Shown here: piece after piece, positions 46,022 to 59,877 of the stretch
Numbering within the stretch: position 1 is the stretch's first letter
How the letters are laid out: each line of letters opens with the position of its first letter
From: Schizosaccharomyces osmophilus
Lineage: Eukaryota
Reading direction: 5' to 3'
Assembly: GCF_027921745.1 (NCBI RefSeq)
Contig: NC_079239.1
Location: 2,604,001-2,668,000, forward strand
DNA length: 64,000 bases
Notes under the pieces: generated by a model
Seen by the model: only the letters and a program-made list of their open reading frames with translations
Told to the model about the DNA's origin: nothing
Databases searched by the model: none
Made by a program: the position numbers and the translations under genes

Positions 46022-46624
46022 TCTGACGCGTTTAGCTTTCTATAAATTCAACGATACCAGCGTAAACACACAGACTTTTTTCGCTCAGACTATAAGAAAC
46101 CCTATCAAAAATTTACAAAAATAAAATAAATAAAGACATAAAAGAACCCCGTGTCAATGCTTTGGTGAGCTGAAATGCTGCTCGATTCTCTTGCTGTGTC
46201 AAAAGGACGTGGATGGGTCTTGGTGGTTTATTTTGCTAAGCATTCAAATAGCGAGTTTTCTCAATCGTGCTATATAAAATACCATAACACGATGCATCGC
46301 TAAGCATAACAAAAGTAAATAAAGAAAGCCAAACAACAGGTATTGAAAAGACTTGTTTCAATAAAACAAACGCAACACAATCAAGCATGGGTTTTTACGA
46401 AAATGACTGTTCGTCAAAGGCTATAGAAGAGAGAAAATTTGGGTTAAGAAAGAATCTAATATGACATTCCTGCAATCCACCATCACACAGTCAACGAAAC
46501 AGCAACAATGCAAGGCTAAATGTTTGCTGGCCTCAGTTCCTAAAGAAACTATCACCGACAATAGCCAACAGCCGCAAGCCAAAAGGAAAAAGTAAAAAGT
46601 AAAAAAAGGAAAAGGAAAGTATTT

Positions 46625-46696
46625 AGGGGCCAACCGGATTTGAACCAGTGACCTGGGGAGCTGCAATCCCTCACTCTACCACTGAGCTATGACCCC
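46625..46696 (-). tRNA. tRNA-Cys(GCA)
   Basis: Reverse complement GGGGTCATAGCTCAGTGGTAGAG...TT GCA GC...GGTTCAAATCCGGTTGGCCCCT; U73 discriminator. Confidence 0.93.
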
Positions 46697-47518
46697 AAAT
46701 ACAGTGTAAGCGCTTTTTATATTGGATTTAGTCAAGTGAAGTCAACTAAATTTTTCAAACTGAAGTCTCGCGCTGTGCTCTCTTCTTTTCATCTTTTAGT
46801 CATTTTATCTAATTTTTATTTTTATTTTTATATTTATTTTTTTTCACATTAAAACACATCAAGCGCGATTGTTTGTTTACCTCTTTTTCACAGAGAAGTT
46901 TTGCTTCCTCTCTGTTTCCTTCGATCACGACATCCGCGTCGGGTATTGTGCTAGACCCTTTCCGTCGATGAACGTGTCTGAGAGATTCCCGCGGGAATCT
47001 TATCAAATGTTGCTGACTTTGAATTTTTCTATTGGAAAATCAAAGAACATAAACCTCGATAGAATTGTTAATGTTATTTTAAATTTTGTTATTATTAGTA
47101 ATGAAAAATCTGTAGAAATCGGAGGCAAAGAACTCTCGCAGAGCACACCACTACCAACAATAAAAGTTCATAAAATTCAATTTTGTGGATTCTTTTTTGT
47201 TAATTTAGATTGCAATTGTTTATTGGAATTTCTAATCTGATTTTAGAAATTGTGTGAAATTTGATTGCGGTATCGTATATCAAATCTACGAAAAATTGCC
47301 TTTGGTTCGACCTTCTTACCCGAACCGAATCACAACCAACTTCCCTAAAACGTAAAAGTTGCTTCAACCGCAAACTTTTCGATTGAACGATTTTTAGGGA
47401 ATACGCGTCTTTATTTGGCTTCAACAGTCTTGTTTACGCTCTCTAGAATTTTTATTTAGAAAAGATTCTTTGATTACTGAAATAAAAGGCAGCTCTCCAC
47501 TTTTCGATTGCAAAAAAA

Positions 47519-48655
47519 ATGAACGGAACAACCAGTAATACAACAGTTCCTCCCAAAACTGCTTCTGTTACCACGAACGGACACTCTGAGAAGAAGTATC
47601 GTCCTTGGAATGATTTCCGTAGTGATACATTTACAGTTCCTTCGGACGAAATGCGCCAAGTCATGTACGAAGCCACCGATGGTGACGCCGTGTATGAAGA
47701 AGATGAGGACACTATAAAATTAGAAGAGTACGTTGCTAAACTGAGCGGAAAAGAAGCTGGTTTGTTTGTCACTTCTGGTACTCAAGGAAACCAACTATGT
47801 ATCCGTACTCATCTTCATCAACCTCCTCACAGTATCGTTTGTGACGACCGTGCTCATATTTACAACTGGGAAGCTGGTGCTATTGGACTTTTCACTCAAT
47901 CCATTGTACGTCCTGTAGCTCCTAAGAACGGAAAGTACATAACTGCCGAAGAAGTCGAGAGCAAATTAATCATCGGAGAAGATATTCACTTTGCTCCTAC
48001 TAGATTGATTTGCTTGGAAAACACGATTAAGGGCTCCGTAATTCCAATCGAAGAAATTGCTCGTATTTCTGCTCTTGCAAAATCCTACAACATTCCCCTT
48101 CACTGTGATGGTGCTCGTCTCTGGGATGCCTCCGCTGCCTCCGGTGTCTCCATTGAAGAATACTGTTCTTATTTCGACACCGTCAGTCTTTGCTTGAGCA
48201 AGGGTCTCGGTGCCCCCATCGGCAGTGTAATTGTTGGACCTAAGGACGTCATTAACAAGGCTACGTGGTTTCGTAAAGCCTATGGTGGTGGTATGCGTCA
48301 GTCTGGTATGTTGGCCGCTGCTGGTTTGCACTCTATTGAACGCAATTTCCCCTTGCTCACTCGCGTTCATAAATACTGTCAAGATTTCACCAAGTACGCC
48401 GAGTCATTGGGAGTTGAGTTTGAAGTTACTCCTGAAACCAGCATTGCTATCCTTACCAATGTAAACGTGGCTATTCTTGTTGACGAAGCCAAAAAGGCCG
48501 GTATCGTTCTAATGGGACCTCGTGTCGTTTTCCATATTCAAATCACCGCCGATGCTGTCGACATGTTGAAGCATGCGTTGAAACGAACCGTTGAGCGCCA
48601 AGAATTGGAGCCTGATGTCGTTGCTAAACCCGGTGAATTTAAGGTTGGTTATTAA
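47519..48655 (+). CDS. gly1: Low-specificity L-threonine aldolase
   Basis: DFRSDT, SGTQGNQL, LENT, HCDGARL, CLSKGLGAP (PLP lysine), GGGMRQ. Confidence 0.93.
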   Translation: MNGTTSNTTVPPKTASVTTNGHSEKKYRPWNDFRSDTFTVPSDEMRQVMYEATDGDAVYEEDEDTIKLEEYVAKLSGKEAGLFVTSGTQGNQLCIRTHLHQPPHSIVCDDRAHIYNWEAGAIGLFTQSIVRPVAPKNGKYITAEEVESKLIIGEDIHFAPTRLICLENTIKGSVIPIEEIARISALAKSYNIPLHCDGARLWDASAASGVSIEEYCSYFDTVSLCLSKGLGAPIGSVIVGPKDVINKATWFRKAYGGGMRQSGMLAAAGLHSIERNFPLLTRVHKYCQDFTKYAESLGVEFEVTPETSIAILTNVNVAILVDEAKKAGIVLMGPRVVFHIQITADAVDMLKHALKRTVERQELEPDVVAKPGEFKVGY

Positions 48656-49172
48656 AAATTGTTGGGTATACTGTTGAGGGCCTCTATTTTTCTTTCCTAT
48701 TAAAAAATCTTTGGATTCTTTTTGTTTTGTCTTTTTGTCTTGTGAAAAATTCTGCTAAATCGTTTAAATGCGGATGACTACACAATTGGTCCTCGTCATC
48801 ATAGTTTACGAATTCCTTCTTTTATGTTTTGTATAGTTTCAACAAAAATCCAAGACGGATCAGGTTCGTTTGTTAATTTATTTTATTACTTTTTTTATTT
48901 TAAATTACTACTGATCCTCATATTTTTCAGGGTTTAGTTGTTTTTTGATATTAATAAGAATTCTTGTATATCCATTATTCAGATTGTTCATCATAACTTC
49001 AGTAAGAAGGGAAGCTAAAATTTGATGAAAGCACGGATAGTAAGAGGACAATAGCAATCACAGAAAATATTGAAAAGACACATCCGTATAGTTTACCAGC
49101 ATATTTCAACGTATATGGATTCACCACATTTTCTCCCAGAGTAGCCAAGACCTACAAGTGACGCATTTGGGC

Positions 49173-50191
49173 ATGCCATCTATATTGACACGGCTAAATG
49201 ATTTTAAAGATGGAATATCGAGTGTAAATTTTTCACCAATAGAGAAGGATCACTTACTTATAGGCTCTTGGGACAATGGTCTAAAACTGGTAAAGGCTGC
49301 AGAAGAACAGCGTTGCTTACAGAGTTATACTCTCTCTAGTCCAATCTTAACCAGTGGATATTTAAATGCAACAGCGGCTTTTGCTGGAAGTCTTGACGGA
49401 CTAGTGTATTTAGTAGACATTTCATCTGGTACTCATTTAGTCATTGGCAAACATGGAAAGGGAGTGTCTTGTACGGCTGCTATTCAAGGGTCTGGTATGA
49501 AATACGGTGTATGGGTTTCTTGCTTTTCTTGCTAATCATGTATTGAATATTAGAGTGCTTCATGACAGGTTCTTGGGACCAATCTTTTCAGTTATGGGAT
49601 CCACGGCAAAGAGTGGCCATAGATAAGAAACATGTTGAAAAAAAAGTTCTAGCTGCTAGTTCAGCTCTGAATCTTCTCGTCCTTGGATGCACCGAGAGAG
49701 AAAATTTGGTATACGATATTCGTAACTTGAAGCTGCCTTTCCAAAGAAGGCCGTCAACCTTTAAGTATATGACTAGAGATGTCTGTTGCATCAGTGGTGA
49801 AGGCTTTGTGTCTTCAAGTATTGAAGGAAGAACATCAATAGAATATCTCAATCCGAGTCCAGAGTGGCAGACGAAGAACTTTACCTTTAAATGCCACCGT
49901 CAAATTCAGAAGCAACATGACATTGTATATCCTGTGAATGCTCTTACTTTTCACCCTGTTCATCAAACTCTTGCTACGGCAGGCGGCGACGGATCTGTGG
50001 CTTTTTGGGATATTCAAGTGCGTAAGCGACTTCGTGTACTTTATCCCTCAAAAACAAGTATTTCTAGCGTTGCATATAATTTTGATGGATCACTACTTTC
50101 TGTGGCTACCTGTGCCCAAGATGAAGCCAACGGTAGTGTTTACATTTATGCTCTAGAGAACGATTTTGCTATGCCCAAGAGAAGTGCTTGA
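49173..50191 (+). CDS. bub3: Spindle checkpoint WD40 protein, 2 exons (49173-49494, 49554-50191), 319 aa
   Basis: SSIEGR, FTFKCHR, YPVNAL; intron joins the two track ORFs in frame. Confidence 0.9.
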
Positions 50192-50873
50192 TTTTTGTTT
50201 GAAAATTGAATCAACTATGTGAGATGTCTAACCCGTCAGAACGAGTTTTCAATTAAAACTACGAAAACCCTCTCATGTTTAATTACGTGGAACTAGATGT
50301 TTTCACTCAGAAAGCAGGATGTAGGCATAGAAGAGATAGGATTTTATTGAAACGTAACTGTTTATAAAGCCATGTTTTGCTTTTTGTAAGGATACTACCA
50401 CAGCAAGTTCTGCGAAGTTGGGGTTACAATTTATTAATTGCTCGTTAACCAGGTTTCCTTAATCTGTCCAATATTTAATCGAAATACAGTGACAATTATG
50501 GGAAAGTTATCTGTTACTCCAATCCTTTGATTGTAATTACCATAGCCAGTCTTACCAAATTACCTCAACACAATTACTTTGAGTTTCTACTTATTACGGA
50601 TACTTATCCTAATTTATTTAATTTACTATGTTCTCTTTCTTCCTAATCTGTTTTCTTCATGACCAATTATTTCCATAAAAATAATTTGATACGCGTAGTA
50701 AGATTATTCTTTAACCTTATATTATTAGAACATATTACTTTTACTCTAGCTAGTCTTATATTGTTTTGGGCATTAACGAACCTCCGAAGGTACAATTCAC
50801 CTTCCTTTTTCCTGTTTTAGTTACGGTCTGTCTGTACTTTCTAAACTTATTTCTGTTGCATCTCTTTGAGAAA

Positions 50874-51311
50874 ATGCAATTCGTTGGCCGTTTAAAACAC
50901 AAGGCGTATCGAGACTTTCTTTGCAGAAACCTTTTCGCAAAACATGAAGTTGAGCGCCAAAGCAATCTCTATATCTACAGAAATCCTGAGTTGCCTCTAC
51001 GAGTTCGATTAGAGGCTAAGAACAGAATTGATTCTCTTCCAGAAAACTCGCATCCTACAAAAATAAAAAATCGTTGCGTTGCTACTGGTAGAGGTCGTGG
51101 TGTATTTCGCGCATTCCAACTTGCAAGAGTATGTTGATGTCGAAATTAATGACATGGCTTTGCTTGATGTGCTAACGTAAAATTCTTTAGTTTGCCTTCC
51201 GTTTGAAAGCTAGAGCCAATGTATTACCCGGCGTACGGTATGTCTCTTGCTTAGTATTTTACACAACTTATCGATAAATTCTAACAATTATTTAGAAAGG
51301 CTTCTTGGTAG
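50874..51311 (+). CDS. mrp2: Mitochondrial ribosomal protein uS14m, 3 exons (50874-51128, 51191-51237, 51296-51311), 105 aa
   Basis: IKNRCVATGRGRG, LAR|FAFR, LPGVR|KASW*. Confidence 0.92.
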
Positions 51312-51453
51312 TCAATTTTATCATTCTGCAAACAGTCAAGGAACATGATGCTTCCCATCTCTTTTTCTATCTAGCTCATAAACGTCTGTCTATGCTTAAC
51401 TATATAATATTAAAACATCCGCTTTAAATTTTTTTTGAAACTATCACATATAA

Positions 51454-53847
51454 TCATTCGGAACGCCAAAGATTCTGCTCAGCAGGGATAATTGGTTTGT
51501 TCATGACACTTTCAGTAGATAGAAAACTACTTCCTGTGTTCGCATTCTCTTTAGTATAATACCCTTCAGTACTATTATGTATCTCTTCTTCCCTTGGTGA
51601 TTCTCCATGCTCATTCTCATAATCATCAACCTGGTCATCATTATCATCATCACCAGAACCATTATTGACATCGTCGTTTTCTTCCTCTTCAATTTCTTCT
51701 TCCGTAACTTCCTCAGCAGTCGATCCATCTTCTTCATACTCTTCATACTCTTCGGAATCGCTGCTATCATCGCTTTGGTAGAATTCTTCCAAGGATTGCT
51801 GACCAACGAATCTTGGTTTAACAGTAGACGTCAAATTGGGGTTTCCTCCTGTAGACGCATCAGAAGAAAGAGGTTTAATAATATCTGTATTTTGAAAAGA
51901 GAATGGTCCAGCACTAGTAGTCGTTTCTATGTTCAGATCAGTCTCACGAACATCATCCTCCGGTATAACAGATACATCGGCCCATTCCGGAACAGGTACA
52001 TAACCCTGTACATAATCATCCAAGCAAACACTAGTTGTACCCAAGCAATAATCTTGGCTAATATTTTTAGTCGAATTAAGCAATTGTTTGTTTGATAGAA
52101 GAATCCTCCGAGTAAAGTCTGTAAAGGGCGCACTAGTAAGCGACTTGTAATATCGAGCACGGTCTCGTAGATCATAGCTCATGTCAAAATGGACTATAGA
52201 TAAAACGTATTTGTATAATAAAACAACAGGATTTGATTTCTCATCGTTTGATTCGTTTTGCTCGAATGTTAAGGTTGCAACGTATAACTTGACTGCCAGA
52301 TCCAAAATTTGATATTTTACTTCTAATTCCTCGTCAGCAAACGTTCTTACAGCAATGCGAAGTAAATCAGGAGCAACATAAATCATTTGCTGTAAATGTT
52401 CGGAAATAAGCCATAAGGTTACAGCTTTTGCTACGGGCACATGAAACTTTTCATAAATCGAAGCTAAATACTGTAGATACATTTCCTGGGGGTCGTTATG
52501 AATGAGGATTCGTAGTGAAGAGGCTGCTTCGGTTACAATCAAGTCGTTATCCGATTCCAGCATTCGCAATAAAGAATTCAAACATAATGAAGCCATAGAA
52601 CGAGCATTTTTTGCGAAATGTCCTATAGTTCGAACAGCAGTAGATGCTACCTTCGAGATAGGGTGTTTAAATACGTAATAAAAAAGTTCAGGAAGAACAT
52701 AATTTGCATTTTCAGGATCCAATAAATGCGAAATGACTTCTAGTTTCACAACAGATGTCTTCACGTCGTCGGATCCAAACAAAAAAAATGATTTGATATG
52801 ATTTTTAAAAAGTTCCTATATGTGTCAGTTAGTCAACAAGTTCACAAATGCTCAAAAGCGTACCGGTCTTGAAAAAGTTATATGTCTGATGTATAATAGT
52901 GTGTTGAGTCGGATAGTTGATTTGTCAGTGAGAAGCTGGAGTAGAGGTTTGACAATTGTATCCAGTTTATTCGTTGGAGCCAAATAATAATATGCACAAC
53001 AGCCAGCCAAAACTGTACTAGGTAACAAGGAATAAAAGCAATAATCAACAGATTCCAGAAGAAGCTTCAAGTCCTTATGAACTGTATTTGTTAACTCGGG
53101 TTTCGGTAAATTTAGCCTAGCATAACGAATCATGCTTTTTAATGCCACTGTTTTATCCCAGTCAGTAAATTTACTAAAGAGAGTGCAAATTCTCCGAAAG
53201 GCGGGATGAAATATGATAAAGTTTTCTGGGCATACTTCCTCAAATGCGGCTAATGCAGCAGGAACAACGAGAGGATGACTATCTAATAATAAGAGACGAA
53301 TGCATTCTACTAATTGGTCATAATAGGAAGGATCAAGAGAGTAGCATTTCAAAATTGCAAGAGCAGCCCTTTGGCGAACCAATGGAGAAGAATCATTAAT
53401 AGATTGCTGGATTCCTAATAGGACAATTCCGTTTATGGCAGGCACTCGGATGCTGCTCATAGCGCGTATAGCAGCAGCACGAACCAGGGGATTCTTGTCG
53501 TAAAGTGTTTTTTGGATGGTATTTACACAAAGCAAGGCCAAATCAGGGTTAAATTCCGCATAGTGTGTGAGGTATATATGCACAAGTCTTCGTATTTCTG
53601 GGTTTTCAGAAACTACTAGTTTAACAACGTCAGGAAAATAAACTGAAACATCTTCTCCATGCATCATTTGCACAATGAGGTGATGCAGAGCTTCTAATTT
53701 TCCCGTCTCTGAATTTGATTCCAATAGGTGTACCAACTCTGTGTGAGAAAGTTCATGGTCTTCAAAATTTATGTTGGAGTTTTTAGCAATTTGTTTAGCA
53801 TTTTCTGCAATTCCAGACAGGGTAGATAAAAAGGAGAGACTTGTCAT
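51454..53847 (-). CDS. apl6: AP-3 adaptor beta subunit, 2 exons (53847-52864, 52815-51454)
   Basis: Adaptin N domain (FPDVVK, PDLALLCVNTIQK, YDLRDRAR), acidic tail; 48-nt intron joins ORFs in frame. Confidence 0.9.
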
Positions 53848-54590
53848 TGTGAGAAATTTGTTCACTCTGTGAAGAATCGAAATCTTTAAAACAGTCTTTC
53901 CAGTAATTAATTGCCTGCTATATGCAATTAATTATTCTTCTTATAGATATTATCAAACAAACTTTCACGAATAACTGAAGGCTTTTTGAGATCTATTCAT
54001 TTCCTAACTTAATAGTTGAAGTAAGATTCGTCGACAAGTAGAAACAGGTAGCACACCAAATGTAAATAGTGTAGCTCTCTGATTTTATAAATTATCTTTT
54101 ACTATTTTAGAATATTAATTGGCAATAAAAAGATGTTCCGCACGAACTTATTATTCACCATTCATCACGAACCTCCAGGCCGGGCATACAGATGGAAAGG
54201 GCATCTTTGGGATAAACCACGTATATTTATACTGTCTGTTATTTTATTTGAATCTGAAAAGAGACCTCATTAAATCGACGACCAAAATAGTTTCGAGTTT
54301 AGCTTCTGTTCGCACACGACGCTTCCTTTTTTTATTATAGGAAACGGGTCCTTGTTTTCGAAACTTTTCATTCCGTTTGGTTCTTTTTAATGAGTTTTCA
54401 TCATTGAAATTAACTAAATGTAGAAAAAAGGAACACGCCCATTTTTAGAGCAATTTCTGTTTTTGTGAATTTTATTTCATATTTGTTGCAATAGCAAGGG
54501 TCTTTACACGATAATATAGGAAAAGTTCTATTTTGCATTACAAGAATAGCAAATTAAATATCGTTCACGTCTTTGCATTTTTTGGAACCT

Positions 54591-55793
54591 ATGAATCTAG
54601 AATTAGTTGATCCTTTCTCTATTCCTGATTACCCAGAGACGCTGACAGGGAGCCTACGCTACGGACATGCTACGAGTATCAGATTTAACAAAATTGGAAA
54701 TGTGTTGGCTGCAGGGCTTGTAAATGGACTGGTCGTGGTCTGGGATGTATCAACGTCTTCAGTAGCCCGGATCCTTACAGGCCATACCAGAGCAGTACAG
54801 TCTGTTTGTTGGTCAGAATGTGGAAGATTTCTGTTGTCTGCAGCTAGGGATTGGAAGTGTATACTTTGGGATTTGCTTGATGGGTCTGTCAGGTACGTAC
54901 TGAGAATGTCGGCGCCAGTTTGGGCAGCTGAATTGCATCCTTCTAATTTGAATATGTTCGTGGCTTCTATCCTAGAAGATTCTCCCTGTCTTGTTGAGGT
55001 TGGAGACGGAATTCCTCATTTTACTTCTCTTCCTTCCATTACTGAAGGACCTCATTCTCTGACGGATAGAAGAGGAAACTCAAAACACGTAACTCTCGTT
55101 TGCATATTCCACCCTTCAGGAAAGTATATTATATCCGGGACTTCAAAGGGATGGTTACATGTTATTGAAATCAACCCCATCCGTATAAGAAGCTCTAATC
55201 GAGTAACGTCTCAAAATATCAAGCAACTGCGACTGAGCTTTTGTAAAAGGTATCTAATTATGAACTCAACAGATCGAGTGATACGTACGATAAGCATACA
55301 AGATTTGGAAAATTTTGAAGTGGAACATAAGTTTCAAGATGTGGTAAATCGATTACAGTGGAACTCTTGCGGATTTAGTCCTAGCGGAGAATATGTATTG
55401 GCTACTACGTATCAAATGGCACATGCCATTTATGTATGGGAACGAGGTATGGGGTCGCTCGTCAAAATATTGGAGGGTCCAAAAGAAGAGCTTGTGGATG
55501 TAGATTGGCACCCGGTATTGCCTTGTATAGTGGCGGTTGGTTTGGATACAGGAGCTATCTACATGTGGTCAGTTGAACAAAAAGAAAGCTGGAGTGCATT
55601 TGCTCCGGATTTTCAGGAACTTGAAGAAAACATAGAATATGATGAGCCCGAAGATGAATTTGACATTCACGACGAGAAAAACGAGAACAAGGAAGAGATG
55701 GAATTGACAGTACCTGTCAAATTGTTTTACGGTTGTTCATCTACAAACGCGCCATTTACTATTCCCTTAAACCTTAACTCATTTGATGTATAA
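54591..55793 (+). CDS. swd1: Set1C/COMPASS WD40 subunit (RBBP5)
   Basis: MNLELVDPF, HKFQDVVN, WSAFAPDFQELEENIEYDEPEDEFD. Confidence 0.93.
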   Translation: MNLELVDPFSIPDYPETLTGSLRYGHATSIRFNKIGNVLAAGLVNGLVVVWDVSTSSVARILTGHTRAVQSVCWSECGRFLLSAARDWKCILWDLLDGSVRYVLRMSAPVWAAELHPSNLNMFVASILEDSPCLVEVGDGIPHFTSLPSITEGPHSLTDRRGNSKHVTLVCIFHPSGKYIISGTSKGWLHVIEINPIRIRSSNRVTSQNIKQLRLSFCKRYLIMNSTDRVIRTISIQDLENFEVEHKFQDVVNRLQWNSCGFSPSGEYVLATTYQMAHAIYVWERGMGSLVKILEGPKEELVDVDWHPVLPCIVAVGLDTGAIYMWSVEQKESWSAFAPDFQELEENIEYDEPEDEFDIHDEKNENKEEMELTVPVKLFYGCSSTNAPFTIPLNLNSFDV

Positions 55794-56024
55794 TTTTGGA
55801 AAAGGAGAACAATTAAATATTGAATAAATAATGAAATAAGATAAAAATCAATCAAAGTAATAGCGTTCCGTGAAGACAGAGACAATCATGAATGTAACGA
55901 ATGGAAAAAGAGCAATGAATAAATAAAAATCACAAAAAGAAACAGTAACGAATGCTTAGAATGAGTGTTTAAAAGAAATAATGATGACAGTTAAACAAAA
56001 AGAAATAACCAAGAAAAATATGTG

Positions 56025-57312
56025 TTAATCATCAAGCGTCATTCGAGAATTTGGGGAATACGCGGAACCTGCGTCTTGCTTTCTCTTGTTCTCCAAATAT
56101 ATCACTATACAGACAGTTAATAGATGTTCAAAGCCAAAGAATAAATAAACCGTACAATAGTTTCTCAGGCCTTTATTAAAGTTACTACAACAAGAGAATC
56201 CAGCAATCATGGTTAAAACCAACAAGATTAAGCTTAATATAGAAAATGTAGTAACAATTTCCCTGCTAGAAATTGTGTATCTTTGTATTTGACCAGGCAA
56301 ATACATTCGGATTATCTTAAAGAGAGTATATGCAATATTCAATAAAAACATAAATTCAGAGAAGTACATAGCAGCTCGCGATTCATAGGTAACACCATAT
56401 AGGGCCACAATTATCACAGCAATCATAGGAGGTATAACAAGGATGGTTAAAATAAGTTCGCACGTATTAATCTCTGAAATAATCATGGCATACTGAATAG
56501 AGGTTCCCAGCACTATCACAAGTTGTTAGTTTATGGTATGGGTTGAAGACTACTCACAATAATATAAGTCAAACTTAATCAATGTTATAAAAACCCGATG
56601 CATTAAATAGCATCGCCGCATACAAAAGTCGGGTCCAATCTTTTGGTATATAATCCAACCATTTTCTCGATTTATTATGTAGGCAAGGTAACTCAAGATA
56701 ATACCGCAGACGGAAATTATAGCAGGCAAAGAGCAGAAAAAAGGTTTTACTTCAGAAGGGAGGTTTAAAAGGTAATGTAGTTTCGAGTAATGATGAACAA
56801 ACGCGCTCATGTAAAATTTCATCGGATCCGCTTTTCCATCATGATTTTTACTCAATGCGAAACTGTAAATGTGGTATATCTGGCTAATTTGAATAATTGA
56901 AATTATAAAAAGGTCGATATGGAAACAACATAAAGCCACAACCTATATTCGTTAATTAACTGCTCGTGAACTAAATCCATCAATTGTCTTAAGGAAACGT
57001 TCAAAGGAACAGCCTAATTTCGACAATTGGTGTTTTATATCTTACCTGTACAGTATTTTTTGTCTGGAGGGCTTCTAGTGTCATGTAAACCAAGAATATC
57101 GTGGAAAGCAGTAGCAATGTCAGGCTTACAGACAGCGAATTAGAATATATGGATTTTAAATCAGGGCAATCATAAAAGTGACCAAAAACATAGGATTCAA
57201 AGGATATAATGATGATGGCCTCGAATATGGCAATCAAGAGAAATGAAAATGATACTCTCGAGAGTGACTTAAAAAAAGTCCTTGGACTTGTGAAGAAGGA
57301 TGATACTTTCAT
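56025..57312 (-). CDS. Conserved fungal multispanning membrane protein (SPAC23H3.04-like), ~4 exons
   Basis: Hydrophobic ORF pieces joined by introns (~57045-56943, 56557-56513, 56155-56105); motifs ALQTKNTVQ, GWIIYQKIG, LIKFD, NFNKGL. Confidence 0.75.
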
Positions 57313-58183
57313 CACACATCCTTAGCAATGGAAACTTTTGTTGTTTAGCATCTCAATGAAATGAGAGTTTTCTTTTAATGTGGTTTGGAAATTTCAAGTC
57401 CTCTCCGAAGAAATTTCGCACATCGTCATTCGTGCATATCTAAAGTTTCATAGTTTCATAGATAGCGTTACCGACTGAACTACAGTAATAAACATTATTA
57501 GGCAAGAAAATGGCAATCATATACCAATATGTGAATTGAATGAATGGTTTAAAGGCTTTTCTCGTCGTATAGAAAATGGAGAAATTTCAGTGTGAATAAA
57601 CATGTGGAAAAATAGATGCTGAATTGTACGAAGTACGAGGAATTTATAAGAAGCTTGTGCAGTTTTCCTCTGTTTGGTTTGACAAGCTTCACGATTAAAA
57701 ACTTTTTTCTTTTATGCATTTACTCCAAGAGTGTTGTTCTCCATAGAAGCATTAGTGACTGCAGGTTGCTTTCTTGAGTGCTGTTTTCGCTTTTGTACCC
57801 TTTTGAATCACAAAAAATGAATTAGTATTTTCTTTGTAAAATGAAACTCATAGTATATTAATGTTTACTTAAATCTGTTTCCTCTCTCTTGGTGTACGAT
57901 AATCCTCTTATTCTAAGCTTTCTGTCGGTGAAAATCTACTAGGAGCCGTAAAGCGTCCTGATTTGGTATACATACCTTCATATTTTTAAAAATAAAAACA
58001 TACCCGGATATTTCAATAACGCTTTGGGATTAAAGCCAAGAACAGCGTCTTTCTGTTTCTTCACAACCTAAACTTATCCCATACCAAATACGATTTCTTT
58101 CAAATACGCACTCATGCAATAAAAAGAGTATAATTAACAACTTTGACTAAAATTGGCTATTTATTACGCAAACCTAATCTTTC

Positions 58184-59413
58184 ATGGAGTATTCAGAGGA
58201 AGGTTGGTTTGATCAGGCTGATCGCTTTCCTCCACGATTACTAGCAATTTTTTTTGCAATCTTTGACCCCCTTCAAGGGCCCGTCGTCGCTTGTGAAGCT
58301 CCTGCTGGTTCTGTCTCTTACCAAGATGGTGGAAAAGGTCTGTTGATTCCGTTTGAGAATATATCTGACTATGCCATTCCCAAACGCGAACTCTGCAACA
58401 AGACGATTACTGTCTGTACAAACCATTACCAAGTCGTTGGGCATCCTATTTCGATTTTTGGGAGCAATTATGAAAGAAACACTCTTATATTCAACATGTG
58501 TATGGTGTTTCACGAAGAAGAGGATTCAGCATGCTACATACCGCTAGTGAAGCGACTTGCACGTAACCTGGAGGTTCTAGAAAAGCAAAGCCGTTATATT
58601 TCTGATACAAAAAAGCGTTCAGTCATATTTAGTGTCATTGAGGAAATTCTCGAAGACATGAACAACTTTTGTGAATGCATGATTCAGTTGGATGATCAAA
58701 ATTCAATCAATATCAAGCTATTTCCAAGCTTTCCTTCACCTCCAGCTGTGAAGGGGTTTCATGTTCCAATATTGACTGCTCAACTAGATTTGCTTATGGA
58801 TAAAAATTGGGATATGACTGTACAAAAGGTATACCCGTATATTAACGGGATAAACTCAGTACAAAGGATTGCGGAAATAGCAAATGTGGATTATAGTAGT
58901 TGTCTAAAATGCATGGAGCACTTTCTCTACTACGGGTGCCTTATCATTGCTGACATTTTTCAATTTCATAATATATATGCCATGACTACGAATGCGGCTG
59001 ACTTATTGCAAGATCCCGTTTTTCAAGAGGAATGTGTTTCTTACGTTTCATTTCAAGGCACCTCCTCAAAATATGTGACCTTTGCAAAAATTTTTAGACT
59101 ATACTGTTCCCTTCGACAAGGTCTTCGTGTCAAAGACTGGATGAACGAGAATCGCGAAGTTTTTCGAGGATTGGATGTTCGAAGATTAATCTCTTTTGGC
59201 ACAATAAAGGGGCTTATATATCGTGTCCACAAGTATCCTTATATTGAACGTAAGAATACTAAAAAAAAACTAACGTTTGAAGAAGAAAGGTTACTTAAGA
59301 TGCTTGATGGAACACATCATTTTGATGAGCTGTGCGTCAACTTAAAAAAGTCTCCTAAACTCATAAACGAAATGATTTCAAAGTTGGGGGACGCTTTATT
59401 TATCTATCGGTGA
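58184..59413 (+). CDS. npr2: GATOR1/SEACIT subunit Npr2
   Basis: FFAIFDPLQGP, IPKRELC, YERNTLIFN, WDMTVQKVYPYINGINSV, DVRRLISFG. Confidence 0.93.
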   Translation: MEYSEEGWFDQADRFPPRLLAIFFAIFDPLQGPVVACEAPAGSVSYQDGGKGLLIPFENISDYAIPKRELCNKTITVCTNHYQVVGHPISIFGSNYERNTLIFNMCMVFHEEEDSACYIPLVKRLARNLEVLEKQSRYISDTKKRSVIFSVIEEILEDMNNFCECMIQLDDQNSINIKLFPSFPSPPAVKGFHVPILTAQLDLLMDKNWDMTVQKVYPYINGINSVQRIAEIANVDYSSCLKCMEHFLYYGCLIIADIFQFHNIYAMTTNAADLLQDPVFQEECVSYVSFQGTSSKYVTFAKIFRLYCSLRQGLRVKDWMNENREVFRGLDVRRLISFGTIKGLIYRVHKYPYIERKNTKKKLTFEEERLLKMLDGTHHFDELCVNLKKSPKLINEMISKLGDALFIYR

Positions 59414-59877
59414 TGTGTTCTCGCAAAATGAGCACAGATATTTCTAATTGATTAATGTTGTCAAGAAAGTAAAGATACATACTTCTCCTATGCTTGTTTG
59501 ACAAATTTCATTAAGGAGGATCACTTGCAGTACTTTTCATAATAAAGGAGAAGCGTAAGTAACTAAAATCCTACCTGGCACTATTCAAATGAAAACTGTT
59601 TGGTTTAAAATTCAGTATAATTTAGATATTTATTATTCCTTCAATACTTGTATGGAATCTGGAGCAATCAGTATTAATACAAAGTAAGTGTATTGCAAAT
59701 GCTTTTTGTCAGAAATCGACCAAAAGAATTTACTGGAAACACGCATAGCTAATGAAAGAGACTCTTTATAAACCATAGAACCTTTATATATTCGTTAAAC
59801 TATAACTATCACACATGAATCATAAATGGAAGCGAACAGAAGCGACCATAAGATGAAATTTTGAACCTATACTGCAT

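Noticed and set aside
46421..46666. 81-aa ORF overlapping tRNA-Cys; A27-C43 mismatch in the anticodon stem
   Set aside because: The ORF is incidental. A single mismatch at the top of the stem is tolerated and the rest of the cloverleaf is intact, so it is not called a pseudogene.
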